NCBI GenBank assembly: GCA_963832165.1
Contig: CAWHTE010000007.1
Location: 448,001-512,000, forward strand
Direction of reading: 5' to 3'
Origin: an uncultured delta proteobacterium
Lineage (GTDB): Bacteria > Myxococcota_A > UBA9160 > SMWR01
Length of the DNA: 64,000 bases
Positions within the stretch are counted from its first letter, which is position 1. Each line of letters begins with the position of its first letter. The position numbers and the translations under genes are program-made. Below the pieces are notes generated by a model. The model did no database searches and was not told the DNA's origin. It saw only the letters and a list, made by a program, of their open reading frames with translations. This document shows positions 18,896-28,121 of this stretch, piece by piece.

Positions 18896-20307
18896 CGCGC
18901 GGCCTCCAGCTCGCGCCGTGCCGCTGCGAGCTCGGCGTCGGCGGCGTCGAGCGCCTCGGCGACGCGCGGCCGCGCGGTGGCGCCCGGCAGAGACCGGCCC
19001 TCGAGCGCGCGCTCGAGCGAGAGCAGCTCCCCCGCGGCGGCCGGGAACGCGGGGTGGAACGCGCGCAGATCCTCGCGCGAGAGCGAGCGCAGGTCGGCGT
19101 CCTTCTCGATGCAGTGCGCGACGATCCGCCCGACCGCCTCGTGGGCCTCGCGGAACGGCACCTGCTCGCGCACGAGCGCCTCCGCGAGATCCGTGGCGAG
19201 CAGCATCGGATCGCTCGCGGCCTCGCGCATGCGCGCCTCGTTCACGCGCAGCGTGGCGATCGCGCCCGCCATCACCTCGAGCGAGTCGCGCAGCGTGCGC
19301 GCCGTATCGAAGATCGGCTCCTTGTCCTCCTGCAGATCGCGGTTGTAGGTGAGGGGCAGGCCCTTCAGCACCGTGAGCAGCGCGACCAGGTTGCCGATCG
19401 TGCGGCCCGCCTTGCCGCGCACGAGCTCGGGTACGTCGGGGTTCTTCTTCTGCGGCATCAGGCTCGAGCCGGTCGAGTACGCGTCGGCGAGCTCGATGAA
19501 CCCGAACTCCGCGGTCGACCAGAGCACGAGCTCCTCGGCGAGCCGCGAGAGGTGCACCTGCGCGATCGCGCCGTCTGCGAGGAACTCGAGCCCGGCGTCG
19601 CGCGAGGCAACCGCGTCCATGCTGTTGCGGGACGGCCCCACGAACCCGAGCGCGCGCGCGGTGGCGTCGCGATCGAGCGGGAGCGTGGTGCCCGCGAGCG
19701 CGCCCGACCCGAGCGGCGAGTGCGCGAGCCGGCCCTCGAGATCGCGCAAGCGCTGCGCGTCGCGCCCGAACATCTCGACGAACGCGAGCCAGTGGTGGGC
19801 GAGCCGCACCGGCTGCGCGCGCTGGAGGTGCGTGTAGCCCGGCAACACCGTGTCGAGGTGCTCGCGCGCGCGCACGAGCAGCACGGACTGCAGCTCGTAC
19901 AGGCCCGCGCGCGCGGCGCGCGCGGCGTCGCGCAGGTAGAGCAGGAGGTCGGTGGCGACCTGATCGTTGCGGCTGCGCCCCGTGTGCAGCCGCGAGGCCG
20001 GCGCGCCGATGCGATCGCGCAGCCGCGCCTCGATGTTCATGTGGATGTCTTCGAGCGCCGCGTCGAACGGAAACTGCCCCGCCTCGATCTCCGCGCCGAT
20101 CTCGCCGAGCCCGCGCTGCAGCGCCGCGAGATCCTCAGCCGAGATCAGCCCCGCGCCGTGGAGCATCTCGGCGTGAGCCGCGGACAAGCGCAGGTCGTAG
20201 CGCGCGAGCGCGCGATCGAAGTCGATCGACGCCGAGAAACGCTCGACGCTCGGATCGGTGTCCTCGCGGAATCGCCCCCCCCAGGGCTTGTTGCGTTCTC
20301 CGGCCAT
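18892..20307 (-). CDS. argH: Argininosuccinate lyase
   Basis: WGGRF, EDIH, HTGRSRNDQVATD, PGYTHLQRAQP and GSSLMPQKKNPD motifs. Confidence 0.98.
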   Translation of the reverse strand: MAGERNKPWGGRFREDTDPSVERFSASIDFDRALARYDLRLSAAHAEMLHGAGLISAEDLAALQRGLGEIGAEIEAGQFPFDAALEDIHMNIEARLRDRIGAPASRLHTGRSRNDQVATDLLLYLRDAARAARAGLYELQSVLLVRAREHLDTVLPGYTHLQRAQPVRLAHHWLAFVEMFGRDAQRLRDLEGRLAHSPLGSGALAGTTLPLDRDATARALGFVGPSRNSMDAVASRDAGLEFLADGAIAQVHLSRLAEELVLWSTAEFGFIELADAYSTGSSLMPQKKNPDVPELVRGKAGRTIGNLVALLTVLKGLPLTYNRDLQEDKEPIFDTARTLRDSLEVMAGAIATLRVNEARMREAASDPMLLATDLAEALVREQVPFREAHEAVGRIVAHCIEKDADLRSLSREDLRAFHPAFPAAAGELLSLERALEGRSLPGATARPRVAEALDAADAELAAARRELEAAR

Positions 20308-20403
20308 GGGCCCAATCTCGGTGACGGCGGACCCGCGCGCAAGCTAGGTTCAACCGCCCGGGGGCAAGGAGGCCGACGCAGTCGGTCGACGCGCAGCGAG
20401 CGG

Positions 20404-20441
20404 AAGTTTCGCGCAGCGAGCCGAAGGCGAGCGAAGACCAT
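20404..20441 (+). repeat. Dispersed GNA-triloop repeat, copy 2
   Basis: AAGTTTCGCGCAGCGAGCCGAAGGCGAGCGAAGACCAT, with partial copies on both sides (CGCGCAGCGAGC at 20390; GGCGAGCGAAGG at 20448). Confidence 0.9.
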
Positions 20442-20486
20442 AAAAGGGGCGAGCGAAGGCGGGCCCCTGCACGGGGAAGGGGAGAC

Positions 20487-22853
20487 GTGCCGCAAGCGCG
20501 ACGACGGCGACGCTGGCCGTGGCGTCCGATCGCCTGGACGGTCCTGGGCTCGGCGTTCGTGGCCGGCTTTGCGATCGCGGCGATGGTCGTGTCGCTCGAC
20601 CACCAGGTCCGCGAGCGATTCGAGGGAACTCAGTTCCGGGTTCCCTCTCGCGTGTACAGCGCGCCTGCCATCCTATATCCGGGACTCGACTGGCGGCGCT
20701 TCGGCCTGCAGGATGCGCTCGCGCGGCTCGGCTACCGCCAGGCCTCATCGAGCCGGGAGCTGCCCCCGGGGCAGTACGTCTGGGAGGGCTCGCGGATCCG
20801 CGTCCACCTGCGCGCGTTCGAGCACCCGACGCGACCCGAGGCGTCGCGCGACATCGCGATCTGGCTGCGCGGGAATACGATCAGCGACATCCGCGAGATT
20901 CCGGGCGGCTCCGTGGGCGCGGTGCTGCTCGAGCCCGAGCCGCTCGGCGCCTACTACGGGCCCGTGCGCGAGCAGCGCGAGCTGGTCCGGCTCACCGATC
21001 TGCCGCAGCACCTCGTCGATGCGGTGCTCGCGGTCGAAGACCAGCGCTTCGCGACACACTCCGGGATCGACTTCCGCCGGATCGTGGGGGCGATGCTCGC
21101 GAACCTGCGCGCGGGCCGGATCGAGCAGGGCGGCAGCACGCTCACGCAGCAGCTCGTGAAGAATTTCTTCCTGACGCCCGAGCGCCGATGGCGGCGCAAG
21201 CTGCGCGAGGCGTGCATGGCCCTGATCGTGGAGGCCCGATATGACAAGGAGGCGATCCTCGAGTCGTACCTGAACGAGATCTATCTCGGGCAGCGGGGCG
21301 CCACCGCGGTGCACGGCGTCGGAGAAGCCGCCCATCTCTACTTCGGGAAGTCGGCGAGCCAGCTGTCGGTCGCGGAGTCGGGACTGATCGCCGCGATCAT
21401 CCAGAGTCCGAACGGGATCTCGCCCTATCGCGATCCCGACCGCGCGCTGAAGCGGCGCAACCTCGTGCTCGAGTTGATGGTGCAGCAACATCGCCTCGAC
21501 CCCGAGACGTTCGAGCAGGCGCGCGCCGAGCCGATCCGGCTCGCCACGGTGACGCCCGAGCCAGGCGACGCGCGCTTCTTCCTCGACTTCCTGCACCGGC
21601 AGCTCACCGAGACCTACACGGCCGGGCAGCTCACCGAGGAGGGGCTGCGCATCTACTCGACGCTCGACCGGCGCCTGCAGCGGATTGCCGCGCAGGCGCT
21701 CGAGGACGGGCTGCGCGAGATCGAGAAGCGCCGGCCCAAGCTCAAGAGCGATGATCCCGCGCATCAGCTCCAGGGCTGCCTGGTGGTGGTGCGACCCCAG
21801 ACCGGCGAGCTGCTCGCGCTCGTGGGCGGGCGCGACTACCGCACGTCGCAATTCGATCGCTGCAGCCAGGCGCGGCGCCAGGCCGGCAGCGTGTTCAAGC
21901 CGTTCGTCTACATCGCGGGGCTTGAGCAGCGCGACTCGCTCCCCACGATCACGCTCGCGAGCGTCCTCGACGACTCGCCGCTCGAGATCACCACACCCTC
22001 GGGGCCGTGGCGCCCGAAGAACTTCGACGGCGAGTTCCACGATCGGGTCGGCGTGCGCGAAGCGATCGAGCGCTCGCTCAACGTCGCCACGGTGCGGCTC
22101 GGACAAGCCGTCGGGATGCGCAACGTGGTGGACGTCGCGCAGCGGCTCGGCATCGAGAGCCCGCTGCCCGCCGTGCCGAGCCTCGCGCTCGGCACCGCGG
22201 AGGTTTCCCCGCTAGAGCTCGCGCGCGCGTATGCGACGCTCGCGAGCGGAGGTGTGCGGCCGGAGACACAGGCGGTCGAGGACGTCGTCGATCCGGCGGG
22301 CGGCGCGCTCGCTCGGCGCGAGCTGAACTTTCAGCGTGTGATCGACCCGGGCACCGCGTACCTCGCCACCTCTCTGCTCGAGGGAGTCGCGGAGCGCGGC
22401 ACGGCCGCGGGCGTGCGCGCGGGCGGGCTGCGCGGTCCGATCGCGGCGAAGACCGGCACCACCGACGAGGAGCGCGATCTCTGGTTCATGGGCTTCACGC
22501 CCGACCTCGTCGCGGTGGTGTGGATCGGCTTCGACGAGCCGCGCAGCGTCGGGATGCCCGGCGCAGCGGGTGCGCTGCCGATCTGGCGCCGGTTCATCGA
22601 GGAGGAATCGGGCGGCATGATCCGCGGCGTGTTCCCGCGGCCAGCCGCACTCGAGCGCGCGGAGATCACACCCGATGGCGCGATCGCGCTGTCGGGCTGT
22701 CCCGACCACCGCACCGAGTACTTCCTGCCCGGCACCTTGCCCACTACGTTCTGCCCCGACGGGGACTACGGGCGTCGCCGGACAGAGCGGGGGCAACAGA
22801 GGGTGCAACGGTCCGAGCGAGGCTTCTTCCGGTGGCTCTCCGATCACTTCTGA
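20487..22853 (+). CDS. mrcB: Penicillin-binding protein 1B (bifunctional transglycosylase/transpeptidase)
   Basis: N-terminal TM, UB2H-like insert, EDQRF, GGSTLTQQLVKN and RKLRE; transpeptidase SVFK, SLN and KTGT. Confidence 0.92.
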   Translation: MPQARRRRRWPWRPIAWTVLGSAFVAGFAIAAMVVSLDHQVRERFEGTQFRVPSRVYSAPAILYPGLDWRRFGLQDALARLGYRQASSSRELPPGQYVWEGSRIRVHLRAFEHPTRPEASRDIAIWLRGNTISDIREIPGGSVGAVLLEPEPLGAYYGPVREQRELVRLTDLPQHLVDAVLAVEDQRFATHSGIDFRRIVGAMLANLRAGRIEQGGSTLTQQLVKNFFLTPERRWRRKLREACMALIVEARYDKEAILESYLNEIYLGQRGATAVHGVGEAAHLYFGKSASQLSVAESGLIAAIIQSPNGISPYRDPDRALKRRNLVLELMVQQHRLDPETFEQARAEPIRLATVTPEPGDARFFLDFLHRQLTETYTAGQLTEEGLRIYSTLDRRLQRIAAQALEDGLREIEKRRPKLKSDDPAHQLQGCLVVVRPQTGELLALVGGRDYRTSQFDRCSQARRQAGSVFKPFVYIAGLEQRDSLPTITLASVLDDSPLEITTPSGPWRPKNFDGEFHDRVGVREAIERSLNVATVRLGQAVGMRNVVDVAQRLGIESPLPAVPSLALGTAEVSPLELARAYATLASGGVRPETQAVEDVVDPAGGALARRELNFQRVIDPGTAYLATSLLEGVAERGTAAGVRAGGLRGPIAAKTGTTDEERDLWFMGFTPDLVAVVWIGFDEPRSVGMPGAAGALPIWRRFIEEESGGMIRGVFPRPAALERAEITPDGAIALSGCPDHRTEYFLPGTLPTTFCPDGDYGRRRTERGQQRVQRSERGFFRWLSDHF

Positions 22854-23335
22854 TCGCAGCGCTGTGGCTCGTGCTCGGTTGCGCCGCGGGCAGCGGGTTG
22901 CTGCCGGGACCGCCCGCGCCGCGCGTGTCCGATGTCACGTCGAGCGGCGACGACCAGTTCCGCGCGAGCCAGCGCCTCGTGATCGAGGGACTCGAAGCCG
23001 ACGAGCGCGGCGACTCGGCGCGCGCGCGCGGACGCTACGAACGCGCGCTCCAGCTCGACGCGAGCAATCCCTGGGTCTATCTCGCGCTCGCCCGACACTA
23101 TGTGGAGGCGGACGAGCCCGGCCGCGCACTCGCTCATCTCGACCGCGCCGAGTCGTTGCTCGATGCGCAGGAGCCTGGCTCCCCCGGGGCGAAGGTGCAT
23201 TGCGACGGGCTGCGCGGGGCGGCGCTCGCGCTCGAAGGAGATCGCGAGCAGGCACAGGTTCTGCTCGACTCGGCGGCGCGCAGTGCGCCCGATGTCTGGG
23301 GCGACGGTGAACTTTCCGCCGCGGAACTCCGATAG
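22832..23335 (+). CDS. TPR lipoprotein, possibly an LpoP-like PBP1B activator
   Basis: GTG 22832 gives MALRSLLIAALWLVLG-C (lipobox); TPR-like YERALQLDASNPWVYLALA; overlaps the mrcB 3' end. Confidence 0.7.
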   Translation: MALRSLLIAALWLVLGCAAGSGLLPGPPAPRVSDVTSSGDDQFRASQRLVIEGLEADERGDSARARGRYERALQLDASNPWVYLALARHYVEADEPGRALAHLDRAESLLDAQEPGSPGAKVHCDGLRGAALALEGDREQAQVLLDSAARSAPDVWGDGELSAAELR

Positions 23336-23338
23336 CTT

Positions 23339-23402
23339 GCAAGCCGCGCGCAGCGAGCCGTAGGCGAGCGAAGGCCATAAGGTGGCCGCCGAGCGAAGAC
23401 CA
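23339..23402 (+). repeat. Dispersed GNA-triloop repeat, copy 3 plus a partial copy
   Basis: GCAAGCCGCGCGCAGCGAGCCGTAGGCGAGCGAAGGCCATA...CGAGCGAAGACCA. Confidence 0.88.
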
Positions 23403-23417
23403 GAAGAAGAGAGGGTG

Positions 23418-23936
23418 ATGACTCCGAAGCAAATGTTCGCGCTAGGCGCATTCGCGATCAGCTTGCCGCTCGATCTGATCACGAAGTTGATCGTCGAGCG
23501 CAACCTCTCCTACGCCGACCGCGTTCCCGTGATCGAGGGGTTCTTTTACCTCACCCACGTGCGCAATCCGGGCGCCGCATTCGGGTTGTTCGCCGACGGT
23601 GACCCGCAGACTCGGATGCTCATGTTCATCTCGGTGTCGATCGTCGCGGTGCTGATCATCCTGTCGTTCTTTCGCCAGCTGGCCCCGGGGGACCGACTCT
23701 CGGCACTCGCACTCGGACTCATCCTCGGCGGTGCCGTCGGAAACCTGATCGACCGGATCTTCCGCGGAGAAGTTGTTGACTTCCTCCACTTCAAGCTGTG
23801 GCGCGGCTACAGCTGGCCCGATTTCAACTTCGCGGACAGCTTCATCGTCGTCGGTGTGGGCCTGTTGATCCTCGAATTGCTCGCGACCGAGGGTGAGGAC
23901 CGCGCCGCCGCCGAACCCGACGAGCCCGCGGCTTGA
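23418..23936 (+). CDS. lspA: Lipoprotein signal peptidase II
   Basis: DLITK, NPGAAFG, GGAVGNLIDR, VVDF and WPDFNFADS motifs. Confidence 0.96.
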   Translation: MTPKQMFALGAFAISLPLDLITKLIVERNLSYADRVPVIEGFFYLTHVRNPGAAFGLFADGDPQTRMLMFISVSIVAVLIILSFFRQLAPGDRLSALALGLILGGAVGNLIDRIFRGEVVDFLHFKLWRGYSWPDFNFADSFIVVGVGLLILELLATEGEDRAAAEPDEPAA

Positions 23937-24067
23937 AAAAAGATCGGCTGCGGGCGATTGCCCGCGTACGGCGGATTTCGTCTTCATCGTCGGAGGCTGC
24001 GGCGGCGAGGGGTGTACACCGGAGCGTGTTAGGTTCGCAACCTCTTCATTTTATCTACACGTTGCCG

Positions 24068-24141
24068 TTGACATGCTTCCACGCGCTGCGATAAGTAGGG
24101 ACCGCCGCGCACGAGTCCCAGTATCCGTTCGGTGCGCGAAT
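24068..24141 (+). promoter_or_regulatory. Sigma70-like promoter and palindromic operator upstream of the IclR gene
   Basis: TTGACA at 24068, an imperfect -10 (ATAAGT) about 17 bp later, an AT-rich upstream stretch, and GTTCG-N5-CGAAT at 24127-24141. Confidence 0.5.
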
Positions 24142-24265
24142 CACTCCACAGACTGAATCGAGGAGACGGCGCCCCTCGGGACCGACGGTGTGATGGATTC
24201 CCCCTTTCCATCGCCACCTCGCCCGAGGGAATGATCGCGGACTGAGGGGTCGAGGACTCAGGCCG

Positions 24266-25057
24266 ATGACGAAGAAGCCGAAGAGCGATTACGCCATCCA
24301 GGCGGTGGCGAATGCGCTGCGGTTGCTGCACGTGTTTCGCGACGAGGACGAGGTTGGAGTAGCCGATCTCGCCCGCCGCCTCGGGCTTCCGAAGAACAAC
24401 GTGTTCCGGTTGCTCGCCACGATGGAAGAGCTCTGCTTCATCGAGCAGTGCCGGGAGACGGGGCGCTACCGCCTTGGTCTCGCCTGTCACGCGCTGGGTC
24501 AATCGTTCACGCGCGCGCGCCCGCTGCTCGAGCGCGCGCGGCCCGTGCTCGATCACCTGCAGCAGCAGACAGGGGAGACGGTTCATCTCGCCGTGCGCGA
24601 TGGCTTCGAAGTCGTGCATCTCGATGCACGCGTTCCCGCGCGCGAGATCGCAATCGGCGGACGCACGGGGCGTCGTGCCCCACTGCACTGCACAGCGCTC
24701 GGCAAGGTCCTGCTCGGCTGCTCACCCGAGCGCGTGTGGCGCGAGTTCGACGAACAGATCGTGAAGCGCGGCAAGCTCCCGCAGCGCACCGACCGCAGCA
24801 TCGACAACCCGGTCAAGTTCTTCGAGCACCTGCGCATGGTGGCGGGCCTCGGGTATGCGCTCGACATCGGCGAGCTCGAGGAAGGGCTGGGCTGTGCGGC
24901 AGCACCCGTGCACGCGGGTGATGGCGAGCTGGTCGCGGCGCTTTCGGTGTCCGCACCGCTGTTCCGGATCGGAGAAGAGGCGCTGAACGGTGACCTGCGC
25001 TTCAAGGTGGTGGGGGCGGCCGAGGAGCTGTCCACGGCACTCGGCTATACGGCCTGA
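24266..25057 (+). CDS. IclR family transcriptional regulator
   Basis: IQAVANALRLL...GVADLARRLGLPKNNVFRLLAT; ETVHL, PLHCTALGKVLL and GYALDIGE motifs. Confidence 0.93.
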   Translation: MTKKPKSDYAIQAVANALRLLHVFRDEDEVGVADLARRLGLPKNNVFRLLATMEELCFIEQCRETGRYRLGLACHALGQSFTRARPLLERARPVLDHLQQQTGETVHLAVRDGFEVVHLDARVPAREIAIGGRTGRRAPLHCTALGKVLLGCSPERVWREFDEQIVKRGKLPQRTDRSIDNPVKFFEHLRMVAGLGYALDIGELEEGLGCAAAPVHAGDGELVAALSVSAPLFRIGEEALNGDLRFKVVGAAEELSTALGYTA

Positions 25058-25176
25058 TCCGGCCGGACCCAGAGACCGCCGCCTTCGGAACGCTGGTTGA
25101 ATCTGGTAAGATCGCCCGCTCCCCGATCCGTACGCGCACCCGGTGACCCGTTCCCCCGGCGCGTGAGGTCGCAAAC

Positions 25177-26454
25177 GTGATCACGCGTGAGCAGGCGCTT
25201 GCCTATCACTCCGAAGGCCGCCCCGGCAAGATCAAGATCAGCCCCACCAAGCCCACGGCGACCCAGCGGGACCTGTCGCTCGCCTACACCCCTGGGGTCG
25301 CCGAGCCGTGCCGCGAGATCGCGCGCCACCCGGACGAGGTCTACCGCTACACGTGCCGCGGCAACCTGGTGGCCGTGGTGACCAACGGCAGCGCGGTGCT
25401 CGGACTCGGGAACATCGGGCCGCTCGCGGGCAAGCCCGTGATGGAAGGCAAGGCGGTCCTGTTCAAGCGCTTCGCCGACATCGACGTGTTCGACATCGAG
25501 ATCGACAGCCAGGACATCGACGAGATCGTGCGCACGGTGCAGCTGATCTCTCCGACGTTCGGCGGGATCAACCTCGAGGACATCCGCGCACCCGAGTGCT
25601 TCGAGATCGAGACGCGGCTGATCGAGACGCTCGACATCCCGGTCTTCCACGACGATCAGCACGGCACCGCGATCATATCGGGTGCGGCACTGCTCAACGC
25701 CATCAAGCTGACCTCGCGCACGCTTGGCGAGCTCAACGTGGTCGTGAACGGCGCGGGCGCGGCCGGCATCGCTTGCGCGCGGCTGTACCGCGACCTCGGT
25801 GTCCCCGCGCGCAGCATCACGCTCTGCGACAGCAACGGGGTGATCTACGAGGGCCGCCGCGAGGGGATGAACCCGTACAAGGCGGAGTGGGCGTGGCCGA
25901 CCTCGGCCCGCACGCTCGCGCAGGCGCTGAGCGGCGCCGACGTGTTCGTCGGTCTCTCCCAGGCCGGCGTCGTGTCCGAGGACATGGTCCGCAGCATGGC
26001 CGACCAGCCGATCATCTTCGCGATGGCGAACCCCGACCCCGAGATCACGCCCGACGCAGTGCGGCGCGCGCGCTCCGACGCGATCATCGCCACGGGCCGC
26101 TCGGACTACCCGAACCAGGTCAACAACGTGCTCGGGTTCCCGTTCATCTTCCGCGGCGCGCTCGACGTGCGCGCGCGCAAGATCAACGAGGAGATGAAGC
26201 TCGCCGCGGTGCACGCACTGGCCGAGCTCGCGCTGCGCGGCGAGGCCGTACCCCAGGTGGTGCGCGACGCCTACCCCAACGACGTATTCGACTTCGGCCC
26301 CAACTACATCATCCCGAAGCCGTTCGATCCGCGGATCCTCATGTACGTGCCGGTCGCGGTGGCGCAGGCCGCGATGGAGAGCGGCGTGGCTCGGCATAAG
26401 CTCGACCTCGCGGAATACACGCGCAGGCTCGAGGAGACAGTCGCGAACCTCTAG
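25177..26454 (+). CDS. maeB: NAD(P)-dependent malic enzyme, without the PTA domain
   Basis: [45 protein letters not shown] and [12 protein letters not shown] motifs; 425 aa. Confidence 0.92.
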   Translation: MITREQALAYHSEGRPGKIKISPTKPTATQRDLSLAYTPGVAEPCREIARHPDEVYRYTCRGNLVAVVTNGSAVLGLGNIGPLAGKPVMEGKAVLFKRFADIDVFDIEIDSQDIDEIVRTVQLISPTFGGINLEDIRAPECFEIETRLIETLDIPVFHDDQHGTAIISGAALLNAIKLTSRTLGELNVVVNGAGAAGIACARLYRDLGVPARSITLCDSNGVIYEGRREGMNPYKAEWAWPTSARTLAQALSGADVFVGLSQAGVVSEDMVRSMADQPIIFAMANPDPEITPDAVRRARSDAIIATGRSDYPNQVNNVLGFPFIFRGALDVRARKINEEMKLAAVHALAELALRGEAVPQVVRDAYPNDVFDFGPNYIIPKPFDPRILMYVPVAVAQAAMESGVARHKLDLAEYTRRLEETVANL

Positions 26455-26456
26455 GA

Positions 26457-28121
26457 ATGGCCGCGCCCGCCTCGTCATCTTCGCGCTACCGGCTCGACAA
26501 CCCGCTCGCGCCCGCGCCGCCGGCCGGGCACGCGGAGGACGGCGTCTACACGCAGGCGCTCGAGCTCGGGCTCGACCTGCTCGAACGCCCCAAGCGCGGA
26601 GGCGGCCCCGACCGAGTACGCATCCAGCACTCCAAGCAGCGCATGACCGTGTTCGAGCGGATCCGCGTGCTCACGGATTGCGAGCCCAACCTCACGTTCC
26701 AGAACTGGGGGCCGAGCCTCGACGGCGCGTCGATCGTGACGGGCATCCTCGACATCGGCGGGCGCGACGTCGCCGTCTACGGCCACGACTTCACGCTGCG
26801 CGCGGGCTCGATGGACGCGACCAACGGCGCCAAGCTCGCGCGCCTGATCTACATGGCCGCGGACCGCCGCATCCCGCTGATCGGCATGAACGACTCGGCC
26901 GGCGCGTTCGTGCCCGCAGGAGTCGGCGGTCTCGACGGCTACAGCGAGGCGTTCACGGCGCTGCGCCGGATCAGCGGCCTCGTACCGAGCATCAGCCTGA
27001 TGTTCGGGTACAACGCGGGCGGCGGCGCGTACCTTCCGCGCCAGGGCTCGTTCGTGATCCAGGCGGGAGACACGTTCATCGGCCTCACGGGCCCGGGCGT
27101 GGTCAAGAGCGTGCTCGGCGAGGACGTCAGCGCCGAAGACCTGGGCGGGCCCGGCGTGCACGGGATGAACGGCGTCGCCGATCTCACGACCGACGACGAG
27201 CTCGGCGCGCTGCGCACGGCGATCCGGCTGCTCGGCTACCTGCCCAACCACAACGCCGAGTTTGCGCCGTTCGGCCCGACCAGCGATCCGATCGACCGCT
27301 TCACGGTCGAGGAGGACATCCTGTTCCGGCGCACGTTCCGCCAGCCGGCCGGCATGAACTCGCCGCTCGACATCACGCTCTTCGTCCAGCAGATCTGCGA
27401 CCACGGCGAGTACTTCGAGCTGCAGCCCGCGCGCGCGCGCAACCTGATCACGGCATTCGGCCGGATCGGCGGCCACGTGATCGGGATCGTCGCGAACAAC
27501 TCGGCCGTGGCGTCGGGGCAGATCGACATCGGCGCGGCGCGCAAGGGCACGCGCTTCATACGCTTCTGCAACCTCTACAACATCCCGCTGATCTTCCTCG
27601 AAGACACCACGGGATTCCTGCCCGGCAAGGAGCAGGAGGCCGGCGGCATCATCCTCGAGGGCCGCCACTTCCTCGACTCGATCATCGACGTGCGCGTGCC
27701 GTCGATGACGCTGATCATCCGCAACGCATTCGGCGGCGCCTACGCGAGCTACAACTCGCACTTCGTGGGCGCGGACATGGTGTTCACGATGCCGATGGCG
27801 CGGATCGCCGTGATGGGGCCCGCGGGCAAGGAGTTCGTGTACAAGGACGAGATCCGCGAGCTCGACGCGGCCTACCGCAAGGCGGTTGCGGGCGGCACTC
27901 CGAAGGACAAGGCCGACGCCGCGCGCGACGCGGGCCTGGCCGCGCTCACGGCGCGCTACGAGGGCGAGCTGATGAACCCGAAGGAAGCGCTCGCGCTGGG
28001 CTCGGTGTCGCGCGTGGTGATGCCGGGCACCAGCCGCCGCGTGCTCGCGCAGAACCTGAACTTCCTGATGCGCACCTACACGCCGTCGGCGATGGGCGGG
28101 CCGCAGCGGGAGTTCGAATAA
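26457..28121 (+). CDS. Acyl-CoA carboxylase carboxyltransferase subunit
   Basis: [43 protein letters not shown] and AFGGAY motifs. Confidence 0.9.
   Translation: MAAPASSSSRYRLDNPLAPAPPAGHAEDGVYTQALELGLDLLERPKRGGGPDRVRIQHSKQRMTVFERIRVLTDCEPNLTFQNWGPSLDGASIVTGILDIGGRDVAVYGHDFTLRAGSMDATNGAKLARLIYMAADRRIPLIGMNDSAGAFVPAGVGGLDGYSEAFTALRRISGLVPSISLMFGYNAGGGAYLPRQGSFVIQAGDTFIGLTGPGVVKSVLGEDVSAEDLGGPGVHGMNGVADLTTDDELGALRTAIRLLGYLPNHNAEFAPFGPTSDPIDRFTVEEDILFRRTFRQPAGMNSPLDITLFVQQICDHGEYFELQPARARNLITAFGRIGGHVIGIVANNSAVASGQIDIGAARKGTRFIRFCNLYNIPLIFLEDTTGFLPGKEQEAGGIILEGRHFLDSIIDVRVPSMTLIIRNAFGGAYASYNSHFVGADMVFTMPMARIAVMGPAGKEFVYKDEIRELDAAYRKAVAGGTPKDKADAARDAGLAALTARYEGELMNPKEALALGSVSRVVMPGTSRRVLAQNLNFLMRTYTPSAMGGPQREFE

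Noticed and set aside
17638..21159. 1173-aa plus-strand ORF and many other long Arg/Ala-rich ORFs
   Set aside because: Antisense or off-frame shadows of real genes (dapF, argH, mrcB and others), as expected when stop codons are rare at high GC.
15673..23402. Repeat copies as a CRISPR array
   Set aside because: Copies are kilobases apart with no regular spacers and there are no cas genes.
24160..24235. Glycine riboswitch
   Set aside because: Only partial resemblance; the conserved CTCTCAGG segment is missing and the downstream genes are not glycine-related.
26678..28120. N-terminal extension of the 1393-aa carboxylase ORF (likewise 41111-41743 on the kinase ORF)
   Set aside because: Off-frame overlap with the upstream real gene; true starts are at the stop/start overlaps 28121 and 41110.
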